DNA of 64,000 bases from the NCBI GenBank assembly GCA_965207375.1, contig CBDBMG010000002.1, forward strand, positions 713,749 to 777,748, written 5' to 3'. Shown here piece after piece: positions 25,281 through 38,837 of this stretch; positions within the stretch are counted from its first letter, which is position 1, and the number at the start of each line of letters is the position of its first letter. Position numbers and translations under genes: made by a program. The notes under the pieces are model-generated. The model was not told the origin of the DNA. It made no database searches and saw nothing but the letters and a program-made list of their open reading frames with translations. This stretch comes from Nitrosopumilaceae archaeon (GTDB lineage Archaea; Thermoproteota; Nitrososphaeria; Nitrososphaerales; Nitrosopumilaceae).

Positions 25281-25874
25281 AATGAAGTTATAATTGAGCG
25301 GTACCGTACCCCAAATTCATCTTTAAAGCCTTCCCAGAAATGACAATTCTACTTTTTGCTTAATATTTATGTTCTAAAATATCATCAAATGTGGTATTTT
25401 TCCTATAAATGAGAATATATTGCATATTCTAATGCTAATAATAATTATAACTAGGTGATACGCATGCGCATGTGCCTCGCACATGCACATGTGCCTCGCA
25501 CATGCACATGTGCCTCACATAGTTTATAGTAGCGTATACATAGGGAAGAAGATTAAATTATGAACTGTTGGTTATACATAGCTAGCTATATTAATTTAAT
25601 GTTTATTTATTAAAAGTGATTATTATAGCAAAATTGTTTACAAATATGTACATGTATATATAGCTATGTATGTAGCAAACTAGACAAATTTTAAATGGTA
25701 GAATATAAACAACATGTGTGTAATACTGTATTCAGGAAAGTTACAGTAGAATAGCTATAGCTATAACTTATATATAGCTATACTAGATGGTGGTTACAAG
25801 TATGGTTATTATAATTAACTACATAGCTAGTATATACTATGCAGTGTGATAGTCAACCTTTCTGGTTACTGAAT

Positions 25875-26360
25875 TTATGGCATTATCTTCAAAGTAAGCA
25901 GTGAATGGTTTAGGGCTTTCTTTGTAATGCTATCTTGCTGTGCAATATCTTTTAATACCTTTGTGAAAGCCCTGAATGGCAATGGTGGAGCAGAATCTGA
26001 ATCATTAGTTGATTTTAATAGTAAAGTTGCCATGGCTTCTGTAGTGAAGTGCTTCATCTGAAACATGCAGTTGCATTTGCTGCAAACAGCTATGTCTTCA
26101 TCATCTTGGTCTTTATCTACTTTAGCGAAGCATTGGGTGATCCACTATAGTAGTCTAAGTTTTTAATTCCTGCAATGTAGGCATTGTCTATTTTGTTTAT
26201 GGAAATTGAAATATCGCTACTAGGATCTTCAGGGTATTCAACGTTGCCTATATCATCATTTTTTTAAATGCAAATGAATCCTTGGAGGAAGATAAAAATT
26301 TTCCCTTTAAAAGTGTGTACTGTTACACTACTGAAATGGTAGCTTGAATAAATAGTACAT
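25875..26360 (-). pseudogene. Degraded ORF resembling an RPA70-C-like OB-fold/Zn-ribbon
   Basis: IAGIK.LDYYSG/TQCFAKV..AVCSKCNCMFQM..ATLLLK..FRAFTKVL across frameshifts. Confidence 0.35.
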
Positions 26361-27271
26361 CACTTTTGTAACCATTTATTTTGTTTTAAATGGAAAGACT
26401 GCATTGAACTTTTAACCCATGCCTGTTCGTGGTGTGATAAACTGGAGGTTGTCCAACCTTTGTCGTATAGATATTGATCTTTAGTTCTGTAAAAATGTAG
26501 CATAAGTTATAAATTACCGGCATATAAACAGTTTTTACAAATAATTGCTTGTGTATACCATCAATTAAGTCATTGCACGTGTACTGGATGTCCATTCATA
26601 TGGAGCCATATGAAGCCATACACGTTTATTACTGATGACTTAGTGCTGTTAATAAAAATTTTGCGCGAAATGAATTATCGCCACCCGACATAAATTATCG
26701 GCACAGACATTTATTATCGTCTTCCCATTAGCAGCAATACATTTCTTATCGTCACTATGCGTTTGCTGTCAAAAACTTATCAGATCATTTCTTTATTAAC
26801 CAAACTATTTTAATACAATCTAATTATGTTTTATAAATTATTTTTGTCCACGTATGACCTTGTTTCAAAGGTCATTTCTACTTTTGATTGTATTATTAGA
26901 GTATCAATTGTATTATTAGGGTATTTCTTGAAGACCTCTAAGAAGCCTCGACTTATCTGTCATTTGCCTTGAACAATAAATGAAAAAATACCAGCATGGT
27001 GCATAGTGTGTTCGCTGTTCAGTTAAGGCATGTAATATCCATGGATTAGAATAAGTATCCTCCTTGTACTTAGAGCCTGAATAAATAATTTTGCATGGTA
27101 ATATCTGCAGCCTCTCCTGTCAATAGTAACGTGTGATACTGCACAGTCCAATATCCTAACCTTTATGCTACCATGTTAACTCCTTCAGGAAGAGGAAGAT
27201 TACACTAAATAAATTCTCATCGATCTGTCCAACCAATAATACTTCTTACCTACAAATTTTTTCACATTACA

Positions 27272-27302
<31 letters not shown>

Positions 27303-27778
27303 GCACACAAATGTACCAACAAACTCACTGATAATATGTAGTCTAGGCCTCTAGGGTGAGTCCTCATCTTGTACACTGAGCCATTTTAGGAGCATTTAGC
27401 CATCAAATTGCCCTGGTTGCACCTGATGGTGTTTCCTTATATAATTTTTTTGCCAGTTATCACAATGTAGCCCCACCCTTTCTATATGTATAACCTCGTC
27501 AATTAAAAAAAGTTCAAAATGTAAAAATTCAATTACAGAGAACACAGCTACAAAATTGCCACATTCCTGAGTGTTAATATACTGCTTCCCTTTAAATAAA
27601 TCCCGCTCAGTTTAAAGGCCATGAATTCTACACAACTGAAAAGAGAACAAATTTAATACAGCTAACATCATTCAACCAGCCATGGGTTCAGGAAACCCCC
27701 TTCATTTAACATAGATTCTACAATGTTGAATAAAAGCTTTATCAGGACTAACTATTGCATACGATCATAATTATATGG

Positions 27779-28065
27779 GGGTTTCCCGAAGAAGGACATC
27801 GTATAATTCATTTTCGAAATTTACATTCCTGAAGAATACGATCCCTATTAGCCAATATCCTATTCCTAACCCATCCTATTCCTAACCCTAACTGATCGAA
27901 GGTCTGGGCAGCTACGCTACCCTGGCCGTTAACCGAAGCAAAGCCAGCAAGATACTTTTATAAGGTTAGCTATCTAGGTACCATTACCGGTGGACTAATT
28001 TCTTCAGGAATGGGAATTTCCGTCGTGAACTTCATGATACACAGATCGCCTTCTCCGGGAAACCA
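27779..28065. mobile_element. MULE-like MITE
   Basis: GGTTTCCCGAAGAAGG/CCTTCTCCGGGAAACC TIR; 9-10-bp duplication AATTATATGG (27769-27778, 28066-28075); internal CCTAAC repeats. Confidence 0.75.
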
Positions 28066-28591
28066 AATTATATGGTAAGTTACTGTGTATAATCCTTCAA
28101 ATTCCCATCCAACCTTCTATTATTCTCCTGTTAGAATAGCAATCATGGGTTGAACATTATTTAAAATTCGCGGTATGCTAAAACATGAAGCGCCAAACTA
28201 AACGTTGGATGGATTTTCTTTTGTAAAGACTAAGCAGAGGTATGCTTGTGAATATTGTTGGTTTAGTTGATAGCTAACTCACAATGAATACGTTTTAAAC
28301 CTCGCCTGGTTTCTTGTGTGTATGTGCATGTCCACCCCCAAGGCCATTAAAACTATTCATATGAAATGAAGCCCAAACAACCAATCAAGCAAATCCTGCT
28401 TTTCAGTTCCTTTATAATGACACTGGCTAACCTAAGCGCGGGGTCTTTGTAAGGAAGTGCTACTGTCACCCCATCTGTGTGTTACTGTCACCCCTTCTAT
28501 GTGTCACTGTTATTCTCCCCGTGCATTGTTGCTTTATGTCACCATTGGCCTTCTACCTACCTCATTGTGTATTGGTTGTCATTGATTACAG

Positions 28592-28980
28592 TGTGGTGAT
28601 ATTGCTGATATCCGATTGGCTCATAAACACATCAGGCGACAAGCTTGCCAGTTTGGATATGTTGAGTTCCAGCCTAAGGTGAAGTCACATGCTATACCCA
28701 AATGTAAGTCATGTGTACTTGTAACACAGGATGCTGCTAGGCTGGCCCTCAGGCTAGACAGATCAGAAATTTGTGGGCGTGCCATCTTTATGTCTCCTTG
28801 TAAAAAGGTGTGGAGGCTGGATCACATGATCAACCCAAGTTACCACCACAGGTAACCCATATCACAATACTCACTGGATGCCATGTGATCCTGTAGGAAA
28901 GGAATAACAAGACCACAGTATTTGTCATTAAGCTACCGTCTCATGTTACCAAAGAAACAGTAGAGGAGTTATTTTCTCAA
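28592..28980 (+). pseudogene. SART3: Three-exon fragment of a SART3/Prp24-like RRM1-RRM2 region
   Basis: Exons 28592-28678, 28730-28851 and 28897-28980 with GT-AG introns: CGDIADIRL..FGYVEF | DAARLALRLDRSEICGRAIFMSPC | TVFVIKLPSHVTKETVEELFSQ. Frameshift in exon 2; no flanking exons seen. Confidence 0.62.
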
Positions 28981-29548
28981 GTGACTAGAATGAACATACA
29001 GAGAAAGATGGGTCAGCCGTGAGATACATAATTCAAGTATGTGCCAGAAAGATAAACCTTGACGGTTACATAAGATAATTTTAGTGAAATCATGTGTGCG
29101 GTAAATATTAGGAGTGTAGCCTCAGTAGCTGTCTGATCTGGGAACAGAACCTGCAGTAGAGCTTTTGGCCATTTCTTCTGATGGGTGTGGTATCAGTAAC
29201 GAAGCATGTCCTTAGTAGATGGTGCGTGCGTGCATGTGTGTGTGTGAGTTTTGCCACAGAGAGCAATATGAAATATTGATATAATTATCGAGGTGTTTCA
29301 ACAAGTCCTGCTGGCTTGGGCTGTAAACAAATATTTAGTAAAATAGTTATATCACTAAGGCACCAAAGAACAAGGCCATTATAAACTAAAACATTGCTAT
29401 GCAGTCCTTATGATTGTGGTATTCAATTTTGCCTTTTTAAATTACCAGACATTTAACACTTAATCATCACCAGGTGGGCTAGTAGTGCCAAATGGTACCT
29501 ACCTTTTACCTGAGTAAGTTTTCAAACATCTGCGTGGTTTTGTGTTTG

Positions 29549-30042
29549 TTGGGGCGAGCCTGAGCGAGCCCCACATAAACGTGAAGTTCGTGCGGTCGGT
29601 CTGTCTGTCGTTCTGTCCGTACGTTCATGACACGAAAATATACAAGAGTAATATTAATTTACGGGGTACCTTCAGTTGTTGATTGCAGCGTTTAAGGCGG
29701 GTTTGGTGCACTGCTTTGTACACCAACATTCAACAAACATGTAGTGACAAACAACATGAACAAACAGGTTCTTATACTAAGAAGCAAGTTTATCGATCGC
29801 TAATCAATAATAATTTTACCTAGCGCTATCTTATGTTGTTGAAACATGGAGCGCCTGTTAGCATGGCGTGGAATTTGTAGTATCTAGCACCTGTGATTCG
29901 TAAACAAGTCAACTGCAAGGCTTGAAGGTTTGATTCGTGACACGTGCATGTATTTTGTGATAACGTGTTTATGCGCAATTAAAATATGCGTGTTGTGACG
30001 TTGCTCAGGCTCGCCCCCACAATACATTGTATTTTAACTAGT
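29549..30042 (+). mobile_element. HINE/DINE-1-like element, family C
   Basis: TT plus subTIR GGGGCGAGCCTGAGC, GTCT/GTCC microsatellite, 3' subTIR GCTCAGGCTCGCCCC, stem-loop ACAATACATTGT, end CTAGT. Confidence 0.82.
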
Positions 30043-31297
30043 ATGATGATAGGTTGGCGTGGTTGTTTATGTTGATATTAGGGAGAAAAGGTATACCACC
30101 TTCCAGGGCGACATCACGATGTTGCCCTGGTGGAGAAAGGGGAACATGAGATTTGTAGCACCGTGCATCCCTTTGATCTGAGGTGTTACAGTGTTACATA
30201 GCTACATATAACATTAATGTAATTGAAAATCTTGTTATCCTGGTTTTCTATTTCAGATTCCACCATCTGGGGGGAGTGGTTCAGCACATAGCAGTAGATG
30301 CCTGAAAGTAATCAAGAATTGAATTCATGGAATAAAATTAATTATTATGACAGACATATCACTAACCTCATGGATGTTTACCATTGTAAATTAAAAAAAC
30401 AGTGACCATTGACAAGCCCAATCCTTTAGAGTGCCATGAACATTAGTGTCATAAGCATTAGAGGCGTACCGATATATCGGATCAGCAAAATATCGACTGC
30501 CAATATGGCAAATTTGCAATATTGATAATCGATAAGATAATGCAGGCTTAATAAGTAATTGTCTGCTGCAGTTCATGAATTGCCTTGTATGGTTTACTGT
30601 AATAATATTATGGTGGTGCTTATATAAAACCAAAGCAGTTACTCTGGTCCTCAAGAATCCCACCTAATGGTACAGTTCAAAGGTCCTTGCATAGTAGCCA
30701 CCCACCATTGATGTCATACGTACATTAAGTCTAGTAATGACAACATACCGTCTCTTGATTTTTTATCAGTGATCTAATTGCATGACTAGATCTTCATATC
30801 AATTTTTACACTATTTCCTAAACCATTGTTTGTGCATGGTATGTGCTAAAGTGTTATTAACCATTAATTGTCTGATTCCCAAACTATCATGTGCATGGGC
30901 ACTGCACTATATTCCCATATACATAAACCTTCCATCAACACTAGCACTTAACTAATCAATAGCAAACTGAAACACTAGACATTGCCCATGAGGGTAGTTG
31001 TAGGGGTGTAAGTGTTACCATATATAGCTGCATGATGTAAGTACGCTAGTTTCACAAAAAGCGTCACACACGAAAAGCTTTCCGGTTATGATAGCATTGG
31101 CAAAGTGAATTACTATAAGACTATCCACAACTGGTAAAAGAAATGGCAAGTCAACGTTGAATAGATTATATTACATCTTCTTACATCAAGATTACATACA
31201 TCATCTTATATACATCACCTTCATCATCTTGTACATACATGCCATCAACATTATCTTGTATACAACATCTTACATGAGCACACAAACACAACGGTAC

Positions 31298-31334
<37 letters not shown>

Positions 31335-32799
31335 TATGCAACTCGCAATTCAATAATTATCATTAAGTACGGTAGTACTTAATAGTAGGGATTGGGAGGA
31401 AATTGTACGGCTTCGGGAAAATTTCGTGCTTTAAAAATCAACCTTGCAATAGGCTTTACTCGAAAAAACCAGCTGGAATGCATTGGTAAGGCTGTAATGA
31501 TGCTGTACCTTGGTTAAACGAAACGACAAGTCGAATATTTCGACCTACAGCCAACTTTGAAAATTTCGAAATTCACCTGTATTTCGTCTGACAGCCTGCC
31601 AGCCAGCCAGCCTGCCGTAAGACCGGGTTGCGCTAGGTGTAGGGCTCCAGAAATTTCACACAATAAAGGTAGGGTTTCCAATGTGAAAAATCGACTTTTG
31701 AGAATTAACTAGCAAACCTCTCCCACATGTTGGACTCGATGTCAAATAGAAAACGCTGTATTGGCACCAATTTCTACCAACTCCTTCCACAAGAAATCGA
31801 ATAACGTAGCTGCAAATCACGTGATAATATGCTATAACTTTCGTACAAGCCTAGTAAATACAGCGACACTTCTTCTCAACCCTTACTAGTAAGTTTATTA
31901 TGGTGTCAAACCATTGGTGGCAGTTTTGTGATGGCTAAATTCCAGCGATAGCAAGATTAAGAAGGAATTTCAGGAGAAAAAATTACCTTTTCACCCCTGA
32001 CGTACAAAGCAGTGAAGACAGCAGAACCCTCACAGCTCAGACATGATCGGTAACTGTTAAACTTTTACCACACAGGATATTATTAAAGTTGGAGCATGTT
32101 AACTATCTGGGCGAACTCCATTGTGACAAAAATTATACCAAACTCTAGCGCTTTAAGCTCCTTGTCCTCATTACTATGGATTACTGCCGATCAAATGGGC
32201 CAGACAGCTATATAAAACATTGACACATGCAGACTGAGTCTACATGAATATTTTACAGACCGTATGGCGCCATATTGTCACCGACGTAGCTACACTTACT
32301 CAGTGCAGACTGCAGTGATTATAATGTGTTGCGCACAAACTATACTAACCATGCATGTAACAATATATATATAGACTACAAGTATAAATTTACTGATCAG
32401 CAACTGACCTTGCTAGACCATGCAAATACCACAATCAGTTTTAGCATAATTGGCGTAGAAGTTTTGATTGTGGTTTTTGTTTTACATTGGCCTTATATTC
32501 AACCTGCGGTTGTTTAAGAAGGTTATTTAGCTAAGTTAAGGTTAATTTCCATTGTAAAAAATCGATATTAGAAAATTAGCTACCTTATATTAGCTACATT
32601 GAAAACGCGCCTTACAAATAAAAATAATTAAGCGCCACACTTTAATTTGGAAGGAATTTTTGCTGGCACGCCATCTCGTTGGCCCACTTTTGCTGATTTG
32701 TTGGTGAGTTATTAATAATTGTGAATTGCATCACTATGAATGACTGGGCTTACTGAGTATAGATCGTATATCGTCCGTGTTCGGATGATATACTGTAAT

Positions 32800-33095
32800 A
32801 TACCAGTAATTGTAACTGTAATATTTCTACAGCCGGGGAGTCCACTCAGTAAACTGATTTTCAGCGGAGCCCTGCACATACATACAAATATACATAAAAC
32901 AAAATTAGTAGCTACTTACTGATATTACACAACATACATACATACACAAAACAACTAACTACATACATAAAATACAGCACAAAAGCAAAAATACAATAAA
33001 ACAAAACAATAAAAATCAAAAATTAAAGTAAGAATTTTTAAACAACGACAATGTTGTGGCCCCAGTAACACTCAGCGACAAACTGTTCCATAAAA
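32800..33095 (-). mobile_element. 3' end of a CR1/L2-group LINE
   Basis: Minus strand AILWNSLSLSVTGATTLSLFKN, T-rich 3' UTR and a short TTACA-type tail. Confidence 0.55.
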
Positions 33096-33139
33096 TGGCC
33101 CAGTACCGGCCGGATTGCTTGCGATGCTGCTGCGCTACT

Positions 33140-33872
33140 AAGGTTTAAGATTAAATACTGGGCAGTCAGCTCAGCTGGTTTGCCCAGGGGGTGAAAACCC
33201 CAAATAGTTCAATCATAGATACAATTAATTACAAAAATTATAGTTAAGTAAGTGGATAAATTCGTCCAAGTCTCTTGATTCTATAATACTAATTGGTAGA
33301 TTATTCCAATCTTTAATAGTTCTTGGATAGAAACTATAATTATAAGTATTAAGAGTAACTTGTGGCAGGATAAAGTGATTCGGATGGTGTTGTCTTGTGT
33401 GAAATTGGGTTCTTTGATAGTGTAAAGGAATGGAAATCAGTAGTGCATTGTTAATTATTTTATAAAATAATGTTAACCTTGATAATTGACGACGCTGTTG
33501 TAATGTAGGTATATTGAGAACAGACAACAATGATGTAACACTGGTAGTTCTAGAGTATTCAGATAAAATCCATCGAGCAGCTCTTCTTTGTACTTTTTCT
33601 AGCTTATAAATGTCAGTGTCGTAATACAGATCCCAGATAGGAGTAGCATATTCCATAATAGGTCTAACTAGTGTTAGATAGGCTGTTTTTTAGTGTCAAG
33701 TGGACAACTATTAAGATTTTGTTTAATAAAATTCAGCACTTTAGTTGATCTATTACTTATCATTTGTATTTGCGATAACCATGACATAGTATTATCAATT
33801 CCTACACCGAGATATGTATATAGTTTCTTTATCTCTAAATTATGACCCATTAAAGTATATGCATATTGTATG
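33140..33872 (-). pseudogene. 5'-truncated CR1/L2-group LINE (C-terminal part of ORF2)
   Basis: YTYLGV.ID..MSW; LVRPIMEYATPIW; LEKVQRRAARWI; TLQQRR; SFYPRTIKDWNNLP. Confidence 0.9.
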
Positions 33873-34327
33873 TAGGGTTTCCAAAGCAAAAATTTAATGT
33901 CTGCAAATCGATTAGCCAATTATTGTTATAAGTTAGGCTAAGTGTCACTTGAATAAATCTGGACTGGCGCTAAAAAATATTACTTCTTCTGGTAGTAATG
34001 GCATGAAATATCTGCGAGTCACGTGACTTCGTGTTCCCATTATGTGTATCGATCCTCTCGCTTCACATTACTCGCCCCTAGCTTACCCTTATAAATGTAT
34101 ATTCACTTAGAAGTATTAATGGTTTAATTGGTAAGGTAGGTTATTTATAGGAACGTCCTTTAAACAGTTTTTAGGCTTTAAAAATCGATTTTTGTTCACA
34201 GCGTGCAAAGCAATGGCAGCTGCTACTCCCTCACAGTCCAGAAATAATCAGTTATGGACAAAATATTTGTGTGCGAGGTACAGTTAAATTCAATCTTGCT
34301 AACCAGCTGGGGGATCTTGGCAAAATG
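33873..34327 (+). repeat. Internal ~455-bp inverted copy of the right end (39306-39760)
   Basis: Near-identical reverse complement starting TAGGGTTTCCAAAGCAAAAATTT. Confidence 0.95.
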
Positions 34328-35245
34328 TTGCATCACGTGCATAGAGCCATGCTCAAATCTTTGAATTGCATCTTTGAGAGAAAAACATTCAGGCAGTTTA
34401 GGTATTAAATTTTATGATTAATGCTGCCCTGGCGTAGAGGTATTATCATCACCGATATGGTGGGTCACGTGATCTGTTACTAATAGAATCTATATCAATC
34501 TGGTATCAACTTAGACCGCTCTATTTGTTGTAAGTAACTTTAATATATTACTTATAAGTAAACATTTGTCAGTACTTGTAATCCATAGACTGGGTTATTT
34601 TATTGCATGGGCTTTAAATAGGGAACGGTTGCAAGCACCTTATGTAGTTGAATCAAAAACAATAGAAACACGAAAGTTAGCAGGCCTAGGCGCATGACCT
34701 ACATTTAATAATTAGCTCAGATGTACATTTTTCTACCATTAACATTATTAGTCGGCTCAAATGCTGGGCTTCAAATATAGCCTATACACACACATTTGTA
34801 TTGGCTATACGTAGTAGCTACTTTTAATTAATTGCATTAAATGTATAAACATTATCTTTTCTTCAGGTTTAGGACACCTTATACTGATATTGCTACACAC
34901 ATAGCTACTGATATACTAGCTACAGTATGACTAGCACTAGAGGTATGATATGCATTACTGAGTTAGCTGACTATAATATAGCTACTGTTGTATGACTCTA
35001 TTTCATACAACAGATTCACCAGCTCCAGAAATTATGGCTTTGCAAAAAGAAGTCAAAAGTTGTTCAGAACGGGTAGAAATGCTACAGAAAGAATTTAAAG
35101 AATTAAAAAAAAACATTGAATCAGCATGCAAAGAAATGGATGCCACAAGATCAATTATAAATGAATTAGTTACAAAGGCATTATTTAACGATAAGAAATA
35201 ATTTGCATGAATGTTCAGGAGGTATAGAACCAAATTTTTAGTCAC

Positions 35246-38200
35246 TTAATCAATAACTTTTATATCTCCACTCAGTAAATCTATGTTAAGGTCAAATTGA
35301 CACTGGTCATCTTCCCCATCATATTTAATTTTGTGGGTTTTTGTGGTGTTGTCATAGCCCAAAACAGTTCCAGTAAACCATTTTGTCTCCCTTTCGTTAA
35401 TCTTGAATAGATGACAAATATTCTTACCAATCATAGCACTGGGATCTTGGACATATTTAGGTCTCGTAGCAAAATCTCTATCCAGATAATCCGATAACTC
35501 TTGTATTACAGTATTCAGTGGTCGTTGTTTTCGTAAATGGCTAAATGTAATATGAATATCTTGGCCCAAAACTTTCTTTCTAATGTTTATTTGTGTTCTT
35601 AAAAGAGAAAGCTTTTGTGCTTTTTTCTTTGAGGTGGTGTTATTACTCGTGTCGATTTCACTAAGTAATTTTTGTAGTTCCTCAGAGCTAGTGATCAAAT
35701 GAAGCTTGGAAAGTTTATCTCTCTCTAGTGTTGTCTTTTTCTTCAATGCTTCATGTCTGGAATGTGCCTGTTTCATTTTTTCTTGCCTTTCTTTAGCAAC
35801 TTTTATTTGCCTGCTTTTAATTTCTCTCTGTACAGTGGCTCTTGACTTGACTGCTAATTTCATTATATTATCTTGTTCTGCTCTTGGCAATTCATTTAAC
35901 CACTCTATTGTGTGATTTTTTTTAATTTCAATGAGATTTGAGCGTGACATTTGATTGAGGTTCGGAATTGCAGTTGTTAAGTAATCGTTCAACCCAAGAA
36001 TTGACTCACAGAGGTCATTACTTGGCTGAAGTGCCTTAAGCTCTTTCCTTATCATTGGGTCCACCGGGTCCCAATAGGTTCCTCCAGGGAGTTGGTTAGC
36101 TGCATATGTGCACAACTTTTCCTTCATTTTCACAGCTCCAGCCATTAACAGGGGGTAAAGAAGGGAAGCCTCATCCTCATTTATTTGAAAAAGTCTTTCA
36201 TGTACTGCTAAAGATTTTTCATGGAGGCGGTGGTTCAGTTTCTTGTTTGATCCATATAGTGTATCAGACTCTGATCGAAATACTCTGTAGCTTTTCTCCA
36301 TTACAACTTCTGGATTTTGCTCAATTTCCTGCAGGCAACTCTTCAATTCAAGGTAATGTATGTTCATATCTAGTGCAGATTTGTTTAGGTCTGTAGATTT
36401 ACTTAGCATGACCAAATCTGCATACACATGGTAAAACATCAAAGCATCACACTTGAGCATTGCAAGCTGCTCAGGATCACCAAGTTTTTTAAAAACCTCC
36501 CGTTCTAACTTGTTTCCAGTATCCTTACTGTTGTACTTCAAATACTCTATTGCTGCTTCCTTGAGGAAAATTATTTTAGCTGCATTTGCAGCTGTGACAA
36601 AATATCGACTTCCAACCTGACGCTCTAAGGTGACTGTAGCACAGCACTGATAATACAATTGGGATTGCTCATTTGCAGTAGCATCTGTACACATCAAAGC
36701 CAAGAAGTCAGGGAAGCTAATTGATCCTAATCCATATTCAGGAGTCCCATGCTTGCCAAATAATTTTACAAATTCATGCACAAGTGTATCGACAGGATGA
36801 TACTCTCTTTCAGCACTGGTGGAAGGGTAGCTTATCATACCACCGAGGAATGCTTTTCGTAAGTTTACTCCAAGATGCATAGAGCAAAAGTTTTCAATGA
36901 TCTTAGTTGTTTCCAATGTAGCAGCTCCAAATATTTTTTCATCTCTTGCCCTGTGTTCTTCAATTAGCTTGTTTAACTTCTTTTGGGTGGATGCAGAGTC
37001 TGAAGTTGATGAAACCAACATTGTCCAGTTAATACTATCTGCATTTGGTAGCTAGCTTTTGCTGTACATCGAAGTTGTTCAAGTTCTTGAGATATGTCAG
37101 ATATTGTGCTGCTGGCAGAGCCATCCGATAATTCATTAACGGAGATAACCATGCCGTTAATTGCTATGCTACCTAACTTTCTTTGTTGTTTTGTTGTTCC
37201 ATCTGTGTTTATGTTAAATCGTATATTTTTGCTAATATCATCACATAAGACTGTAGCTTTGTGAGCATTACTGATGGTTTTTAACTCATCTCTTCTCATA
37301 TAGCTAGCACAAGATCGTTTGGGTAATAAAATTTGATCAATATCCATTAATGGGTTGACACATTTAATTACTGTTCTAATAATTCCTTCAATGTTTGAGG
37401 CAGGAACTTGTTTAGCAAACAAACTATAATATAGTTTTCGGATTACTGGGGTAAACTGGTTACCATATTTTGTATTGAAGATGCTTGAGTGTGGATCTTT
37501 GTCTTTGCTTTCTAAAGCAGAACTTACTACTGAAAAATCTGCCTTCTCCTCTAACAGTTTGGATATATCTGCTTCATTTAATGCTTGGCTATCTTGAAGT
37601 TTTACAACCTTTTTCTGAGCAGCACAGCACTTTTTTTTCTGCACATCAGTTTCCTTTGTGCTACTACATAAAGCATTACTTGCAGTTTGCAACTGTTCTC
37701 TAGAGTGTTGTAGTTGTTGTTTTAGTTTGGACACTTCTGTGGTTAGTTCCTGTATATGTTCATTACACTTTGTAATTTCCCTTTTCATATTATTTACTGT
37801 GGCAACATGACAGTAAGGCATTGGTATGTCTGCCATTTTATCAGATAGTTTGTCAACAAAACGATATATGTTATCTTAAATTAGGGTCAATTGAATGGTA
37901 CAGTAATCCTATTGCTGTTTTAGTGGCATTGCGAGTAACATGCCATTTTTTAATAAACAAATGTAATTGTTGGTAAAAGCCAACACTTGGTATTCCTTGC
38001 AACTGCCACTTATCAGAGGGCTTCTTTTCTTCAGCAACCTGGCGGTGAATATCACCCAGTAGCTCTTCAGTTAATCCATGTGCACAAAGTATGTCAGGAA
38101 AAGTACAGTGGCAGTCTATGGGAATATACATATAGCTATATGTAATAATGGCTGCATGATATCATAGCTACAGTAATATTTTTATATATAATGCACTGCA

Positions 38201-38560
38201 TATAAATAGATATTGCATTTCTGAAAACCTAAAGGTACATGTTTGCACGGTGCATTGATTTATTATTAATTATAGTTATTTACCTTGATGTGATTGACCT
38301 CTAATACGAGGTGTCCATACTCTCTTGCAATATGAAGTCAACTGACTTCTATTAAGACTCCTACTACCTCTGATCAATGATCGTGCTGGTGCAACAATAC
38401 GGAGTACCGTGTCGTAGAATCTCCCAGGGCGACCAATATGTGTATTAGGATAAATTCGTTCAAACTCACAACAAAGGTGGTCTTTATCCCCAGGATTTGC
38501 TTGTTCACACTGTTCAAAGAGTGTTATGATGTCACCATATGTTATCACTACATTTATATA
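35246..38560 (-). pseudogene. hAT-like DDE transposase with N-terminal coiled coil and C-terminal Tudor-like domain (one stop at ~37871, one frameshift at ~37040)
   Basis: NTDGTTK, TSDSAST, FCSMH (CxxH), GSRYF, SNDLCESILG; tail IGKNICHLF..KWFTGTVLGYD..HKIKYDGEDD; upstream exons near 38283-38550 and from 38100. Confidence 0.78.
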
Positions 38561-38676
38561 AAGCAAAGACATGCCATGAATTAAATGTAAATTTGGCAAA
38601 ATAATTGCCATTAGGTTAAAAGTGTCCTGCATTTATTCAATCCATGCCAGTTAACTTTACAATGTAGCTAGGTAGC

Positions 38677-38837
<161 letters not shown>

